Positions 10,844 through 21,943 of a DNA stretch of 64,000 bases are shown in pieces. A program made the position numbers and the translations under genes. Below the pieces are notes generated by a model. It had not been told where the DNA came from and did no database searches. It was given only the letters and a program-made list of their open reading frames with translations. Origin of the DNA: an uncultured virus (IMG/VR IMGVR_UViG_3300001605_000015) (lineage: Duplodnaviria > Heunggongvirae > Uroviricota > Caudoviricetes); IMG/VR virus record IMGVR_UViG_3300001605_000015, positions 1 to 64,000 of that record; one strand, written 5' to 3'. Position 1 is the first letter of the stretch. Each line of letters opens with the position of its first letter.

Positions 10844-12650
10844 TGCGTATCTTTCCGTTCTGCCCAACAGGCGTAGGCTCCGTCGAGTATTCGTGGAAGA
10901 GCGACATACAAAAGACAAAGACATCTCAGCAACGGATGGTATTGCGGGAAAGCCCTGTTTTCGAGATGTCTTTTATTTACGAGTTTGATGCAAACGAAGC
11001 CGCAGAGGTTTACCATATTCTGACCGATCTTTACGATCAGCATATGATGGTTCCTAATTGGTACGAGTTTGCCAAAATAACATCTGTAGACGACAAGCAA
11101 ACATTGTTTGGCATCGACAGCCCCGCTTACGGTTTTGCTAACTGTAAGCGGGCTTTATTATACACAGATACGGACTTTTTTAGGGTTGTAGAGCTTCGTT
11201 GCACAGAAGAAAATTCTGTGGAACTTGCGCTTCCTCTAAAATACTATCCAGACAGTTTTGTTTACGATAGTTTTCGTTCTTCTAAACCTTTCTTGAACAG
11301 GACGAATCTACCTGCGCAGTTTGCGGCTATCGACCATGTAAAAAAGTCGGTTCTCATTCCTTTGGAAGAGTGCCACATAAAAGGTGTTGCTAACTTCTCG
11401 TCCAAGAAATCTGGTCGCACGGAACTCAAGATCACGTTTATCAAAGTATCACCAAAGAAGTACGAATTTGCTAAGTTTGAAGAAAGTGATCCTCGTTTCT
11501 ACTATCCACGCTATCGCAATAACCCGGTTATACCATTCAGTGAGCGGTATTTTAGAAAGTTTGCACAGCGCGGCGTCGATCAAGAGGTTGACCTTTACGA
11601 CGACGACTTTGGTCCTGTGGAGCTTTTTGTAAAGCGAACCTACAGCGAAAACACGACAAGCTTTTCTATGCGAGACCTGTCGGCTCGTGAGCGGTTCTCT
11701 ACCATAAAGCTTTTGTACGACATGAAGGGAAAGGCAAAGTCGTTCTGGTTGCCTAGCCGCGCCAACGACTACAAGATTGTTGCACCNTTTTTCGGAACTT
11801 GGAGTTTCTAGTCAACACATGCTTTTCTTGTGTTGTTTGATTGCTCGTGTGGGTGGTATTCCGCAACATACTTTTGCNAAAGGTACGTGAAGCTTTAGCT
11901 TCTTGTCTTGACAACTTGCGCAGTCGTGTCAGTTCTCGCAACAACTCATTGCAGGTTGTGACACACAGCACAGGAACCCTTAACAGAACTTACACGTCAC
12001 TTAATAACTCGGTTATTACAACCGCAGCAAATGAGATACGCAGCAGAGCGCAGGCAGGAACAGTAACAGGTGCCGCTGGCGCGGCTAACATAGCTTCATT
12101 CATGGCTTCTCGTATCGCGGCAGGCCAAACTCCTGTGCTCCTTATCGTAACAGACGGGTCTGTTACAAACTCTGCGCAGGTTTCCGCAATCCTGACTAAC
12201 TTGGCTTCTGTCATCACTTCGGTTCGTATCGTGACTATGACATACAGCGATGCCCAGATAGCCAATCTCAATCCGTTTAACCTATCTGAGAGGGACTATC
12301 CTAAAGTTGCTCCTGACAAGGCATTATACGGTGTTGACCCTACTGTATCGACCCTAAAGCTAAAGGTGCGGCGTCTAACCCCACAGGACATGATCGGTAA
12401 GTCAATTCATTTACAGGATATAAACAATCGCCTAAGCTGGGCTACAAAGATTGTAAACTGTCACGTAGACCAAGACGGGTTCTATGACGTTGCTGTTGAC
12501 ACGATTGCGCCGTCTGCGGCTTTTGCTCTTAACAGGACTGTTGCATCTAGTCTTGAAAAATACTGCCTGACAAGCGATAGTGTGACCATAAAGATTAACG
12601 ACTTTTTCGAGAGTGAAACCAACCTAAACTGCGCGAGGGTTCCAGAATGA
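10840..12650 (+). CDS. Distal-tail/virion structural protein; probably one gene broken near Ns at 11787 and 11878; contains a vWA-like insert
   Basis: Follows the tape measure; 'KGKAKSFWLPS' motif; ORFs 10840-11811 and 11841-12650 abut at an N-containing region. Confidence 0.6.
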
Positions 12651-13546
12651 ACGACTACGACATTCGAGAAACATCGGAAGAAGACGGCTTTCCGTTCTTC
12701 GCCTATAAGTTTACTCGCGGAGACCAGAACTGGTTTTTGACGAGTTACAACGAAACTACCAGCTATGAGCAACAGGTCGATCCTGCTACAGATGAATCAT
12801 TTTATGGCTATGGATTCTTTGACGCAGCCCATTTTCCCGAAAGTGCTATGTTCGGCACGTCTTTTCGCGCCTGCAATATCGAACTGTCTAGCGTTAAGAC
12901 TGTAAAAGACATTGCAGCGGCGGAGATAACACTTACTCTTCCGCGTGACGACCCTTTTGCGGATGAGTTTATGAACTCGTTCTCTAAGCCTTCTACGCAG
13001 TTGACAATTTATCGTGGTCACACCACTACCGCAAAAGAACTTCGTATAAACTGGCGTGGTCGCATAGTTGCCAGTAAAGCCAAGGACGATATGCTCGAAC
13101 TTATTGCGGAGAACGTCACTACGCAGTTGCTTCGCCTTGGTCTACGGGCTAAGTATCAAAAGACTTGCCGTCACGTTTTATATGGATCGGGATGTAATCT
13201 GGACATTGCCGACTGGCAGATTGACGGCACAATAACCAGTTATAGCCGCCTGACTCTTACCATTCCGCAGGCGGCTACACGCCCAGACAACTATTTCCAA
13301 GGCGGCATCGTAACTATTGGACAGAACAATGGTTTCGTCGTATCCCATCTTGGGGATAAGGTAACGCTAAATAGCCCTATGCAAGGTGTTGCCGACAACG
13401 TGGCTGTAAAGCTTGCCCCCGGCTGCGATTTGGGTATCACCACCTGTAGGACCAAGTTCAACAACCTTATCAATCACGGCGGCTTTCCGTTCATCCCGAA
13501 CAAGTCTCCTTTTGGCGGTGCAAGCGTCTGGTTTATAGGATCATAA
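12647..13546 (+). CDS. Baseplate hub, DUF2163/BR0599 family
   Basis: 'YQKTCRHVLYGSGC' and 'PGCD..ITTCRTKFNNLINHGGFPFIP' Cys motif. Confidence 0.9.
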   Translation: MNDYDIRETSEEDGFPFFAYKFTRGDQNWFLTSYNETTSYEQQVDPATDESFYGYGFFDAAHFPESAMFGTSFRACNIELSSVKTVKDIAAAEITLTLPRDDPFADEFMNSFSKPSTQLTIYRGHTTTAKELRINWRGRIVASKAKDDMLELIAENVTTQLLRLGLRAKYQKTCRHVLYGSGCNLDIADWQIDGTITSYSRLTLTIPQAATRPDNYFQGGIVTIGQNNGFVVSHLGDKVTLNSPMQGVADNVAVKLAPGCDLGITTCRTKFNNLINHGGFPFIPNKSPFGGASVWFIGS

Positions 13547-13547
13547 C

Positions 13548-13784
13548 ATGCCTTTTTGGAGTTGGATTTTACAGATCGCAATCGCACTGGTTCTTTCCTA
13601 TGTTTTGCGACCTAAGCCTCAGAATAGACCGCCGCCGTCTCTTGATGACGTTGAAGCGCCTGTTGCCGAAGAAGGGAAGGCTATTCCTGTTGTATTCGGT
13701 CGCTGCCACGTCAGAGACTCTAACATTGTTTGGTATGGCGATTTCAAAACAAGAGAAATTAGAAGAAAAGGGGGTAAAAAATGA
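13548..13784 (+). CDS. Small tail-tip assembly protein
   Basis: 'P.AEEGKAIPVVFG...NIVWYGD' conserved in this cassette type. Confidence 0.8.
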   Translation: MPFWSWILQIAIALVLSYVLRPKPQNRPPPSLDDVEAPVAEEGKAIPVVFGRCHVRDSNIVWYGDFKTREIRRKGGKK

Positions 13785-13972
13785 TAGTAACAATAAAGGA
13801 CCTCCGTTGGCTCGGTCTTTGTTCTGGTCAGTGTCGTAAGCAGTTTGTTGACAGGGGCCTTAGCTGGGATGACTTTCTTAAAAACGGAATCCATGAAGAT
13901 ATTCTTCGTGAAAATTTTCATGACAATGCAATCGTAATAGAATCGTTGGAGCGGCTTCATGGGCGGGGGTAA
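13781..13972 (+). CDS. Small tail-tip cassette protein
   Basis: 'LCSGQCRKQF...GLSWDDFLKNGI'; ATGA overlap. Confidence 0.75.
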   Translation: MIVTIKDLRWLGLCSGQCRKQFVDRGLSWDDFLKNGIHEDILRENFHDNAIVIESLERLHGRG

Positions 13973-16352
13973 GGGCGGTAGCGTAGTTATCGGATATAAG
14001 TTCTTCTTAGGCATTCACGCAGTGGCCGCACACGGTCCGGTAGACGCTGTGCATCGTATATACTTTGGAGACCGTGTTTGCTGGACCGGCCTACAACTGT
14101 CTTTTAATATGATAGACGAACAGATACAGCGCATTCACTTCGCTAACATAACTATTGATGAACCTGAGCTTTACGGCGGCGACGATCTTGAAGGCGGTAT
14201 ATCCGGCAACCTGATCTTTGCTCCGGGGTGGCCTGATGCCCCGAAGAACAGTTACCTTGTAAGCAAGCTTGGAAACGATAACGTCTCTGCTTACAGAGGC
14301 GTTACTTCTTTTATTCCACAGCAAATGTATCTTGGGAATAATCCGTTTTTGAAGGCTCTTACTTTTATTGTAAGTCGTCTCTATCTAAACGGCTATGGCG
14401 ATGGACCTATATGGTATCCTCAAAAATCCGCTATTCTTGACCCAGCCTACCTGCCACCTGACGAAACGCCGTCGCTCGTGGATACCCTGTTAAACCCTTT
14501 TGCGGCGCTGTTAGGGAGCTGGCAGAATCTACTTGCCAGAGAAGAAAAGTACACCTATGACGTTGATGTGTACGCGCCTTACAGTGCTAACTCGGATATG
14601 AATCCGGCACACATAATATACGAGTGTTTGACTAATGCAAAATGGGGTTTGTCACAACCTGTTTCACTTATCAACGATGCTAGTTTTAGAGAGGCGGCAG
14701 ACTACTACTATGATCAAAACTTCGGTATCAGTCTAAAATGGAACCAAGAAAGCGACGTTAAAGAGTTTCTTGAGGTTGTTCAATCTCATGCGAACGCAGA
14801 TGTGTACATCGACCCCTTTACAGGTCTTTGGAATATCAAGGTTATAGCAGGAGACTACGACATAGAAACGCTTCCTGTGATAAGCGAAGCCGACATAGTT
14901 GAATATGACGAAATTATACGCCGTGAGTACGCAGAGTGTATCAATTCTGTTAATATAGACTTTATGGACCTAGAGACGGGTGATCGTCGCAGCCTTGTTG
15001 TTCACAACATTGCGGCTATTAGGCAACTTGGTCAGGTAAATTCCAGCACTGTTTACTTTAAGGGTATAACACGCAGCGATCTTGCGTTACGTGTAGGTAT
15101 CCGCGAATTAACGGCTCTCGGATACCCGTTGACTACGGGTAGGGTCGTTGTAAGACGCGGCGCTGCTTACAACCTAAAACAAGCAGGTGTATTCAAACTC
15201 AACTCCCCTGACTATAACATTTTTGACGAGGTTATGCGTATTACGTCTATTGATTACGGCGATGTAAAAAGCAGCAAAATTACCATTGAGTTTACGCAAG
15301 ACGTATTCTCTCTAGACACGTCTGGGTTTGCTTCGCCGGAGATGCCGGATGCGTTACCGAATGTTATTGGCGTAGAGCCTCTTGATATACGCTACGTTGA
15401 CGAAGCGGATTACTACAGTCTTGCTCGTAATCTTGGAGATAGCCTAGTCAACCTTGAGCTAAACGATAACCCTTTTGTGGGACAGTTGCTTACCGTAGCT
15501 ACTCGCTCTGTTACAACAGAGCTTAGCTATAATCATCGCGTGTCTGACGACGATGGGGCTACTTATCTTACAAAGACACGCGGCTCTTTTTCACCGGGCA
15601 TGATTCTTACAGATGCGCTTCCTGATAATCCCGCTGACATAACTGTTGCCTTTTCTGGCGAGGTTGATCTTGCTGAGCTAGAGAACAACCCTCTGCCTCT
15701 TCTCGCAGCAGTAAACAAGGAATACGTAAGGATAGAGGCTATCGACCTGACGCTTCAAACAATTACGCTTAAACGCGCCGCTGTCGATACACAGCCTATG
15801 GCACACCCTGCTAATTCGCCTCTAGTTGTGTTGCAGAATTTTCAGAACTTGCTTAGAGATGATTACTCATCTGGGATTGATATTTTAGTAAAACTACAGA
15901 CAGTAGGTATTACCGGGATTTTGCCTCTTGCCAGTGCATTCACTGACGAGGTAAACTTCCAGCATCGCGCAGTAAGACCTTTCCCCCCGCAAAACGTGAC
16001 TATAGACGGCTCTTATACCCGCGTTATAGCGGCGTGGACAGGATCACTTGTATTTGCTTGGGCGCACCGTGATAGACAACAGTCTACAAGTGTGCAGGCA
16101 ACCCATTACACGATGGGTAGCTACGGACCTGAGCCGGGAACCTTTTACGAGTTGGGTATACAGTTCTTTGGAGCAGACGATTTACTGATCGAAGAGGTAT
16201 TGCCTCTAGATACTACAGACGCTACAATAACTGTAAATACGGAAGACTTTCCTCTACCTACAGACACGGCTTATGTACTGCTCACGCTGACAAGCAAACG
16301 AGACGGCTTCGAAGCCCTTTACCCTTTCATCGCAAGACATGACGTTCCGTAA
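13959..16352 (+). CDS. Tail tip / central fibre protein (gpJ-like)
   Basis: 'MGGGKG..IGYKFFLGIH', 'SAYRGV', 'DMNPAHIIYECLTN..WG'. Confidence 0.85.
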   Translation: MGGGKGGSVVIGYKFFLGIHAVAAHGPVDAVHRIYFGDRVCWTGLQLSFNMIDEQIQRIHFANITIDEPELYGGDDLEGGISGNLIFAPGWPDAPKNSYLVSKLGNDNVSAYRGVTSFIPQQMYLGNNPFLKALTFIVSRLYLNGYGDGPIWYPQKSAILDPAYLPPDETPSLVDTLLNPFAALLGSWQNLLAREEKYTYDVDVYAPYSANSDMNPAHIIYECLTNAKWGLSQPVSLINDASFREAADYYYDQNFGISLKWNQESDVKEFLEVVQSHANADVYIDPFTGLWNIKVIAGDYDIETLPVISEADIVEYDEIIRREYAECINSVNIDFMDLETGDRRSLVVHNIAAIRQLGQVNSSTVYFKGITRSDLALRVGIRELTALGYPLTTGRVVVRRGAAYNLKQAGVFKLNSPDYNIFDEVMRITSIDYGDVKSSKITIEFTQDVFSLDTSGFASPEMPDALPNVIGVEPLDIRYVDEADYYSLARNLGDSLVNLELNDNPFVGQLLTVATRSVTTELSYNHRVSDDDGATYLTKTRGSFSPGMILTDALPDNPADITVAFSGEVDLAELENNPLPLLAAVNKEYVRIEAIDLTLQTITLKRAAVDTQPMAHPANSPLVVLQNFQNLLRDDYSSGIDILVKLQTVGITGILPLASAFTDEVNFQHRAVRPFPPQNVTIDGSYTRVIAAWTGSLVFAWAHRDRQQSTSVQATHYTMGSYGPEPGTFYELGIQFFGADDLLIEEVLPLDTTDATITVNTEDFPLPTDTAYVLLTLTSKRDGFEALYPFIARHDVP

Positions 16353-16358
16353 AGGAGG

Positions 16359-18212
16359 ATGACCATGACCGAATGCGGCAACATTGGACAGAACTTTCTT
16401 CTGCCCACAGAAAATCCTCCCGGCGGATTGATCACTGGCGCTGAGATGGCGTGTATGATGAACGACCGTCTGATTGCGCTTCTTGAAACGCATAACGGGC
16501 TTGATCGTCCTGCGTATGCGTTGCCGGGAACCTTGTGGTCTGACGAACTGTTCAACCTTTACCTCTATGACGGGGTAGAGGATAAGCCTGTTACGGCAAC
16601 AGCCCGCGCCGTGGCAAGAACTTTCTACGTCACTATGGATGGAAGCGACAGTGCGACAGGTAACACAACCTCGGCACCCTTTGCTACGGTGAACCGAGCC
16701 ATTCAGGCGATACAAGAGCTTCACGCTCTACAGGCACCGGGAACTGAAAAAGAGTCGCACATCGTTATTGTTCATCCCGGCACTTACTTTGTGAATCCTG
16801 ACACAGAGGTTCCTGAGAACTGTGCCATATACGGTTACGATCTTCGTGTTACCAAGTTCAAGCTTCCTCCACAGGTGAGTCGCCAAAACAACATGTTCTT
16901 GATGAACAGCGGCATCAAGGTGCGGGGTATCACTTTCTCTGGCTTGCAGCACGAAACGCCTCCTGTCGATTGGCAAGTAGCTTTCGAAGCCGAGTATGGT
17001 TACACGCCATCCGCTAATCACCCCTATCCGCCGAAGAAAGGGTTTGCATTCGTGTTCAAACCGGGGGCCTTTATAACGAGGTCTCCGTATATCGCAGACT
17101 GTTCACAGCTTCACGATTTCGACAACGATACGATGACGTTGCCAATCGACTTCGTGAACAACAACCCGCTTATGCCTAAAGGTGGCGGCAACATTCGCGC
17201 AGATGGTTCGGTGCTTGCGCCGTCATCGCCTCTGCGGTCGGTTGTGGTTGACTCGTTTACTGCGATCAACCCTAACGGCGTAGGATACCTTATCGAAAAG
17301 AACGCCTTCGTCCAGCTTGTGTCTGTGTTCACCAACTGGTCGCGGGTAGGCTTGTGGTCGCTTGCTGGCGGGCAAATGACGGTTGCCAACTCGAACAATA
17401 CGTTCGGTGACTACGCAATGGCATCCACGGGGTTCCGTCACCAGATCACAATACCTGACGGTCAAATCACCCAGATAAGCGGAAATAATCTTGCGGCAGC
17501 GGGTAACGCTCTTGAGTCTCTTGTCGAGGACGTTGTAACCCAGCTTATGACGATTCGTTACCCCAGCGTTCCGAACTATAACACGGTTATTGCGTCTAAT
17601 TCGACACAGGTGGCCCTTACTGAAAGAGATACGCGCACCCTTCTGCGGCAGATCATCTACGATTTGAAAGCAAGCTCCGATAAGGGCAACCAATACTTCA
17701 TCAAGGGCCTGTTTGATTGGAACGCAAAGCTTGCCTTCAACACCACTCTGATACCTATATTCGTCGGATGCTGGAACGAAGTTCGTGATGCTATTGCGTT
17801 CTTCTTGGACGATCCTTTGTATCAGGACGCTAGTAATCTTGTTGCAGCACTGATCGACCGTATCAATCAGGTTGTGCAATCTGCGGCGGTTCCTGCAAAT
17901 ACGCTTTATCGAACCGTTTATACGTCTGTGATCGAAGCATCTGGTCAACAGTTCAGCTACGCAGGTTCCGGCGTGAACTACAACGCTTTGCCTGCTTCGC
18001 AGCGAGGAGTCGGTTTTGCTCCTGATCCTTCTGCCTCTATTCTGAAAACGGAAGGCGGCAGGGTTTACGCTACCTTCGCTACAGAAGTGGGTGACACCTA
18101 TCTTGGCGAAGACTTGCGGGTGGACTTTGAGCGTAATACAATCGAAGGGCAAGCGTTCTCTCGTGGTGTGCAGAACATTACCTTGCCGCTGATCATCGGA
18201 ATAGGAGGCTAA
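16359..18212 (+). CDS. Tail fibre/spike with beta-helix-like region
   Basis: 'YVTMDGSDSATG.TTSAPFATVNRAI', 'IVHPGTY', 'ITRSPYI', 'SVVVDSFTAIN'. Confidence 0.7.
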   Translation: MTMTECGNIGQNFLLPTENPPGGLITGAEMACMMNDRLIALLETHNGLDRPAYALPGTLWSDELFNLYLYDGVEDKPVTATARAVARTFYVTMDGSDSATGNTTSAPFATVNRAIQAIQELHALQAPGTEKESHIVIVHPGTYFVNPDTEVPENCAIYGYDLRVTKFKLPPQVSRQNNMFLMNSGIKVRGITFSGLQHETPPVDWQVAFEAEYGYTPSANHPYPPKKGFAFVFKPGAFITRSPYIADCSQLHDFDNDTMTLPIDFVNNNPLMPKGGGNIRADGSVLAPSSPLRSVVVDSFTAINPNGVGYLIEKNAFVQLVSVFTNWSRVGLWSLAGGQMTVANSNNTFGDYAMASTGFRHQITIPDGQITQISGNNLAAAGNALESLVEDVVTQLMTIRYPSVPNYNTVIASNSTQVALTERDTRTLLRQIIYDLKASSDKGNQYFIKGLFDWNAKLAFNTTLIPIFVGCWNEVRDAIAFFLDDPLYQDASNLVAALIDRINQVVQSAAVPANTLYRTVYTSVIEASGQQFSYAGSGVNYNALPASQRGVGFAPDPSASILKTEGGRVYATFATEVGDTYLGEDLRVDFERNTIEGQAFSRGVQNITLPLIIGIGG

Positions 18213-18216
18213 CGCG

Positions 18217-18633
18217 ATGGCTGTTCAAATCATAACACCGAGACCGCCGCTCAATCTGTTTGAGGTAATTCGTTTGCCTCTTTCCGATCAGTGGGAAACG
18301 ATCTACGAGGTTCCTTTCTATCGGATACCTGCAAGTGGTCCTAACCCGGAGCAGATCATTCAAACAGCCGCCATTATGACGGGTATTCTTGTAACCCCTA
18401 CTGGCGGCGGCAACGCACGGGCATCTCTTCGCATACTTTCTGCAACCAATGTGCCTTTCCCGATCATTGATCAGGCGTATGCACCAGCCAACGATTTCTT
18501 GTCGATGGTTCTTGATCGGCAAGTCGTTCGGTCAGGCGAGCTTATCCAGATGAAAATCGAAACAGGTGAGCAAGCATATGCTCACTTCTCGTTCATCCTC
18601 AACCAACGCGAAGCTTTCACGGTGCTGACATGA
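18217..18633 (+). CDS. Hypothetical virion protein
   Basis: Tightly packed between fibre genes. Confidence 0.65.
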   Translation: MAVQIITPRPPLNLFEVIRLPLSDQWETIYEVPFYRIPASGPNPEQIIQTAAIMTGILVTPTGGGNARASLRILSATNVPFPIIDQAYAPANDFLSMVLDRQVVRSGELIQMKIETGEQAYAHFSFILNQREAFTVLT

Positions 18634-21410
18634 GCAACAAAACCCTCCGTTATGGCTCTGGCAAAAGCCCTTTCGTCGGTCAGTCGATCATCTACCCTGT
18701 TCCGATCCCTCTCGATGCCACGCAGTACGAGGGTGCGGTGATCGTTGCGGAGGATGGGCAGCTGTATTACTCCAACGGCTTCGACTGGGTGATCCCGACC
18801 GAAGACGTGGAAATCTCGCGGCCTTCGGCGCGGGTGCCGACAAACTCGCTTGAGCAGACCCAGCTTCGCCTTTCAGCGTTTCGCAGTCCTGCAGGGCTCT
18901 CGCAGGTCGGCATCCTGTTCGAGATCAGCACGAACGGTGTGGATTTTGTCGACGCGGAGACCCGACTGGTAAACGATGAGTTTGCGTCGCTCTACCAGCT
19001 TCTTTACCCGGAGGACGGCTTTGAGCCGGGCGACGAGATTTTCTGGCGCGGCAAGTACCTTGGCACGGATGGGGGCCAGTCCGAGTTCTCTATCCCTTTC
19101 AGGCAGACATTTCCCCAGTTGATCGATGACCCTACGGCGGTCACACGCCAAGGGGCGGTCACAGGAACGGTGGAACTCTCCCCTTTCTTCAGCGCGCTCG
19201 GCTTGGACTACGTCGAAACGCAAATCCGGTTTTGGGAGGACACCGCCAATCCAGCAACTGATGCGCCGGTGGCAACCGTCACTTCGGTAAACGGTGCTGT
19301 CGTCAACCTGCCCGCAGAACTGGTCGAGGGGCAAGCATATCAGTGGAGCGGGCGCTACGGCGGCCGACAGGGCGGCGCTGGTCCAATCCTCTATACGGAG
19401 TTTACAGCTCCGCGCTTTATCCTGAAGGGCGTGGCGTCGATGATTTTGGTCTACGATCCCGCGCTGGCGCTGAACCGCACGATCAACCTGCCGATGGGCG
19501 TCTACGGCGGCATCGTCAATGTCACCGTGGACTGGGGCGACGGGACGTCAAACGCCTACACCACTGGTGGCATTCGGTCGAAGACCTATGCGGCGGGGGT
19601 CACGGGCCTTGTCACAGTCATCATTAGTGGTCAGCTTGAGCAGTTTGGCGGGAACACGAACATCCAAGGCTTGGTGCGCGTCGACAACATCGGGGTCGGT
19701 CTCGGCCTCAACTCGCTGCGTGAGATGTTCCGCAACGTGACCTCGAACACGACATTCTGCACGCCCAACATCCCGCCCACGGTCAAAAGTATTCGGGGAA
19801 TGTTCTTAAATGGCAACGTAAACTTTAATGTGACTGGCTTTACGGTCGATCAGGTGGAGGACTTTTCCGAGTGTTTTAAGGACAACACTACATTCAACCA
19901 GAACATCGGCGGCTGGGACATGTTCTCTGCCCAGACGCTTGAGTCTATGTTTGAGGTTGGCGTGGGCAGCAACTCCTTTAATCAGAACATCGGCGGCTGG
20001 AATGTGTCCACCGTAAAGAGCTTCAAGAATATGTTTGCTTTACGCAATGTTGCGCAAATTCAGGTGTTCAACCAGAATATCGGCGGCTGGGACATGTCCT
20101 CTGCGGAAGATATTTCAGGTATGTTCGGGCTTGTTAGTACAGCCGGTACCCCAACAGGGAGTCATGCGTTTAACAACGGGGAATCTCAAAGCATAAATAA
20201 TTGGAATGTTAGCAATGTAACTAACATGCGCGGTGTGTTTGGAAACAATTCCAACGTTGGAGGCAGTATAGCTGCTCATGCTTTCAACCAGCCCATAAAC
20301 CAGTGGGACGTATCGAAGGTAACTAACTTTTCGCAGATGTTTAGTGTGGCCCGATCGTTTAACCAGTCGCTTGCAGGATGGAACTTGTCGTCGGCCACTA
20401 GCGTAAGCAGGATGTTTGCAGGCTCAGATTTTAGCAACGACGTCAGTGGTTGGGTGCTACCTACCAGTCTTCAAGAGCTGTTTACTGCATCAATCTTTAA
20501 TCATCCATCAATATCATCGTGGGACACTTCCTCAGTCCTTGATATGAGTAGCTTGTTTAGGGGCGCTGCCTCCTTCGACCAACCGGTAGGTGCGTGGGAT
20601 GTCTCAGGCGTTACAAACATGTCGCGAATGTTTGAACATGATCCAAATTCGCGCACTAACACCTATGCGTTCAATCAACCAATAAACGATTGGGATGTCT
20701 CAAGTGTTACAGACATGTCGCGAATGTTTGCGACCAGTTATGCAGCGGCCAGCAACGTAACTCACAGTTTTAACCGGCCCTTAAACCAATGGAATGTTGA
20801 AAATGTTTCAACTATGGAGGCCATGTTTGCGCGCTTTACCGGTGGCGCTCAGTCTAACAATTTTAACCAAGACATCTCCATGTGGAAGCTTCGATCATCT
20901 GGGGTAAACCTGAACGATTTCTTGCGTAGAAGTGCTGGGATACTTTCCTTCTCGACTGAAAACTACTCCAAGCTGCTCGCGGGGTGGGCCAACTCGATTA
21001 CGGACCGAAATGGCCCGTTTAACGTAGTTGCGGGTTTCGGAGACCGAAACTACCACAACACTACCTATTTCCCCGGCGAACCTTACGAAACTGCGGTTAC
21101 TGGTCGCGCTTACTTGACCAACTCGAATAGAGTTGAAGTCTCTGGTGCATCAACCGCCAACGCCGATGGCACCTATCTGTTCAACACGGGGACGCAAGCC
21201 TACGTCAAGTCGGCGAACGGCTGGTACTTCCTCAAAGTCAGCAACGCCTGGGTGCTTTTCAACAATCTCGACCAAGCGCAAGCAACGCAGCAGGACAGCG
21301 CAAACCTCGCGGGACCGCATCTGGTGCAAACTTGGGACGGGGTTCTCGCAAGCGCGACAGTCCGGCGGACAGGCGCGGCATGGACGATTACTGATGGAGG
21401 ATTGGTCTGA
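18630..21410 (+). CDS. Tail-associated protein with DUF285 (BspA-like/PARCEL) repeats and a PKD-like motif
   Basis: Repeated 'FNQNIGGWDxSxVxxMxxMF' units; 'VTVDWGDG'. Confidence 0.85.
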   Translation: MSNKTLRYGSGKSPFVGQSIIYPVPIPLDATQYEGAVIVAEDGQLYYSNGFDWVIPTEDVEISRPSARVPTNSLEQTQLRLSAFRSPAGLSQVGILFEISTNGVDFVDAETRLVNDEFASLYQLLYPEDGFEPGDEIFWRGKYLGTDGGQSEFSIPFRQTFPQLIDDPTAVTRQGAVTGTVELSPFFSALGLDYVETQIRFWEDTANPATDAPVATVTSVNGAVVNLPAELVEGQAYQWSGRYGGRQGGAGPILYTEFTAPRFILKGVASMILVYDPALALNRTINLPMGVYGGIVNVTVDWGDGTSNAYTTGGIRSKTYAAGVTGLVTVIISGQLEQFGGNTNIQGLVRVDNIGVGLGLNSLREMFRNVTSNTTFCTPNIPPTVKSIRGMFLNGNVNFNVTGFTVDQVEDFSECFKDNTTFNQNIGGWDMFSAQTLESMFEVGVGSNSFNQNIGGWNVSTVKSFKNMFALRNVAQIQVFNQNIGGWDMSSAEDISGMFGLVSTAGTPTGSHAFNNGESQSINNWNVSNVTNMRGVFGNNSNVGGSIAAHAFNQPINQWDVSKVTNFSQMFSVARSFNQSLAGWNLSSATSVSRMFAGSDFSNDVSGWVLPTSLQELFTASIFNHPSISSWDTSSVLDMSSLFRGAASFDQPVGAWDVSGVTNMSRMFEHDPNSRTNTYAFNQPINDWDVSSVTDMSRMFATSYAAASNVTHSFNRPLNQWNVENVSTMEAMFARFTGGAQSNNFNQDISMWKLRSSGVNLNDFLRRSAGILSFSTENYSKLLAGWANSITDRNGPFNVVAGFGDRNYHNTTYFPGEPYETAVTGRAYLTNSNRVEVSGASTANADGTYLFNTGTQAYVKSANGWYFLKVSNAWVLFNNLDQAQATQQDSANLAGPHLVQTWDGVLASATVRRTGAAWTITDGGLV

Positions 21411-21943
21411 TGTTCTGGATAGCGCACGACAAACACACGATCCATAGCGGCGAAGTTACAGATGGGACTTCGGTCACAACCGGCTTGCCGCATCTTGAGA
21501 CCTATCCGACCGCGCGAGAGCAGACCCAGCGGCTGATCAAGCTGCGAGAAAACTATCCCGCAGCATTGGCCGAGTGGATTCAGACGAAGCGCCTCCAGGA
21601 TCCCCGCGCTAAGCTGGCGGACTATCGCTGGCAGCGCGAAACGGGGGGCATTACGCTGCCGACAGGTATCTTTGTTCGCACAGACAGGGAGACGCAATCA
21701 CGACTTGTTGAGTCTTTTACCAGTGTGCAAAGCGGTCTTCTTTCAGCGCCTATCAAATGGAAACTCACCAGCGGCGAGTGGGTCACTCTCTCGATTGAAG
21801 AGCTTGGCTTCATAATCGCCGCAGTTTCCAATCATGTGCGTAACTGCTTTGAAGCAGAGCGACTTGTAGAGCAGCGGTATATCGACGGAACCGTGACAGA
21901 CGTGATTACCGCGTTTGACGAAGAGTTGGAGAACTTGAAATGA
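21410..21943 (+). CDS. DUF4376-like tail fibre assembly protein
   Basis: 'RWQRETGGI...TDRETQSRL...WKL.SGEWVTL...HVRNCFEAE'. Confidence 0.8.
   Translation: MFWIAHDKHTIHSGEVTDGTSVTTGLPHLETYPTAREQTQRLIKLRENYPAALAEWIQTKRLQDPRAKLADYRWQRETGGITLPTGIFVRTDRETQSRLVESFTSVQSGLLSAPIKWKLTSGEWVTLSIEELGFIIAAVSNHVRNCFEAERLVEQRYIDGTVTDVITAFDEELENLK

Noticed and set aside
19890..20890. Diversity-generating retroelement acting on the fibre repeats
   Set aside because: No reverse transcriptase in the window and no template/variable repeat pair differing only at adenines. The similarity reflects protein repeats.
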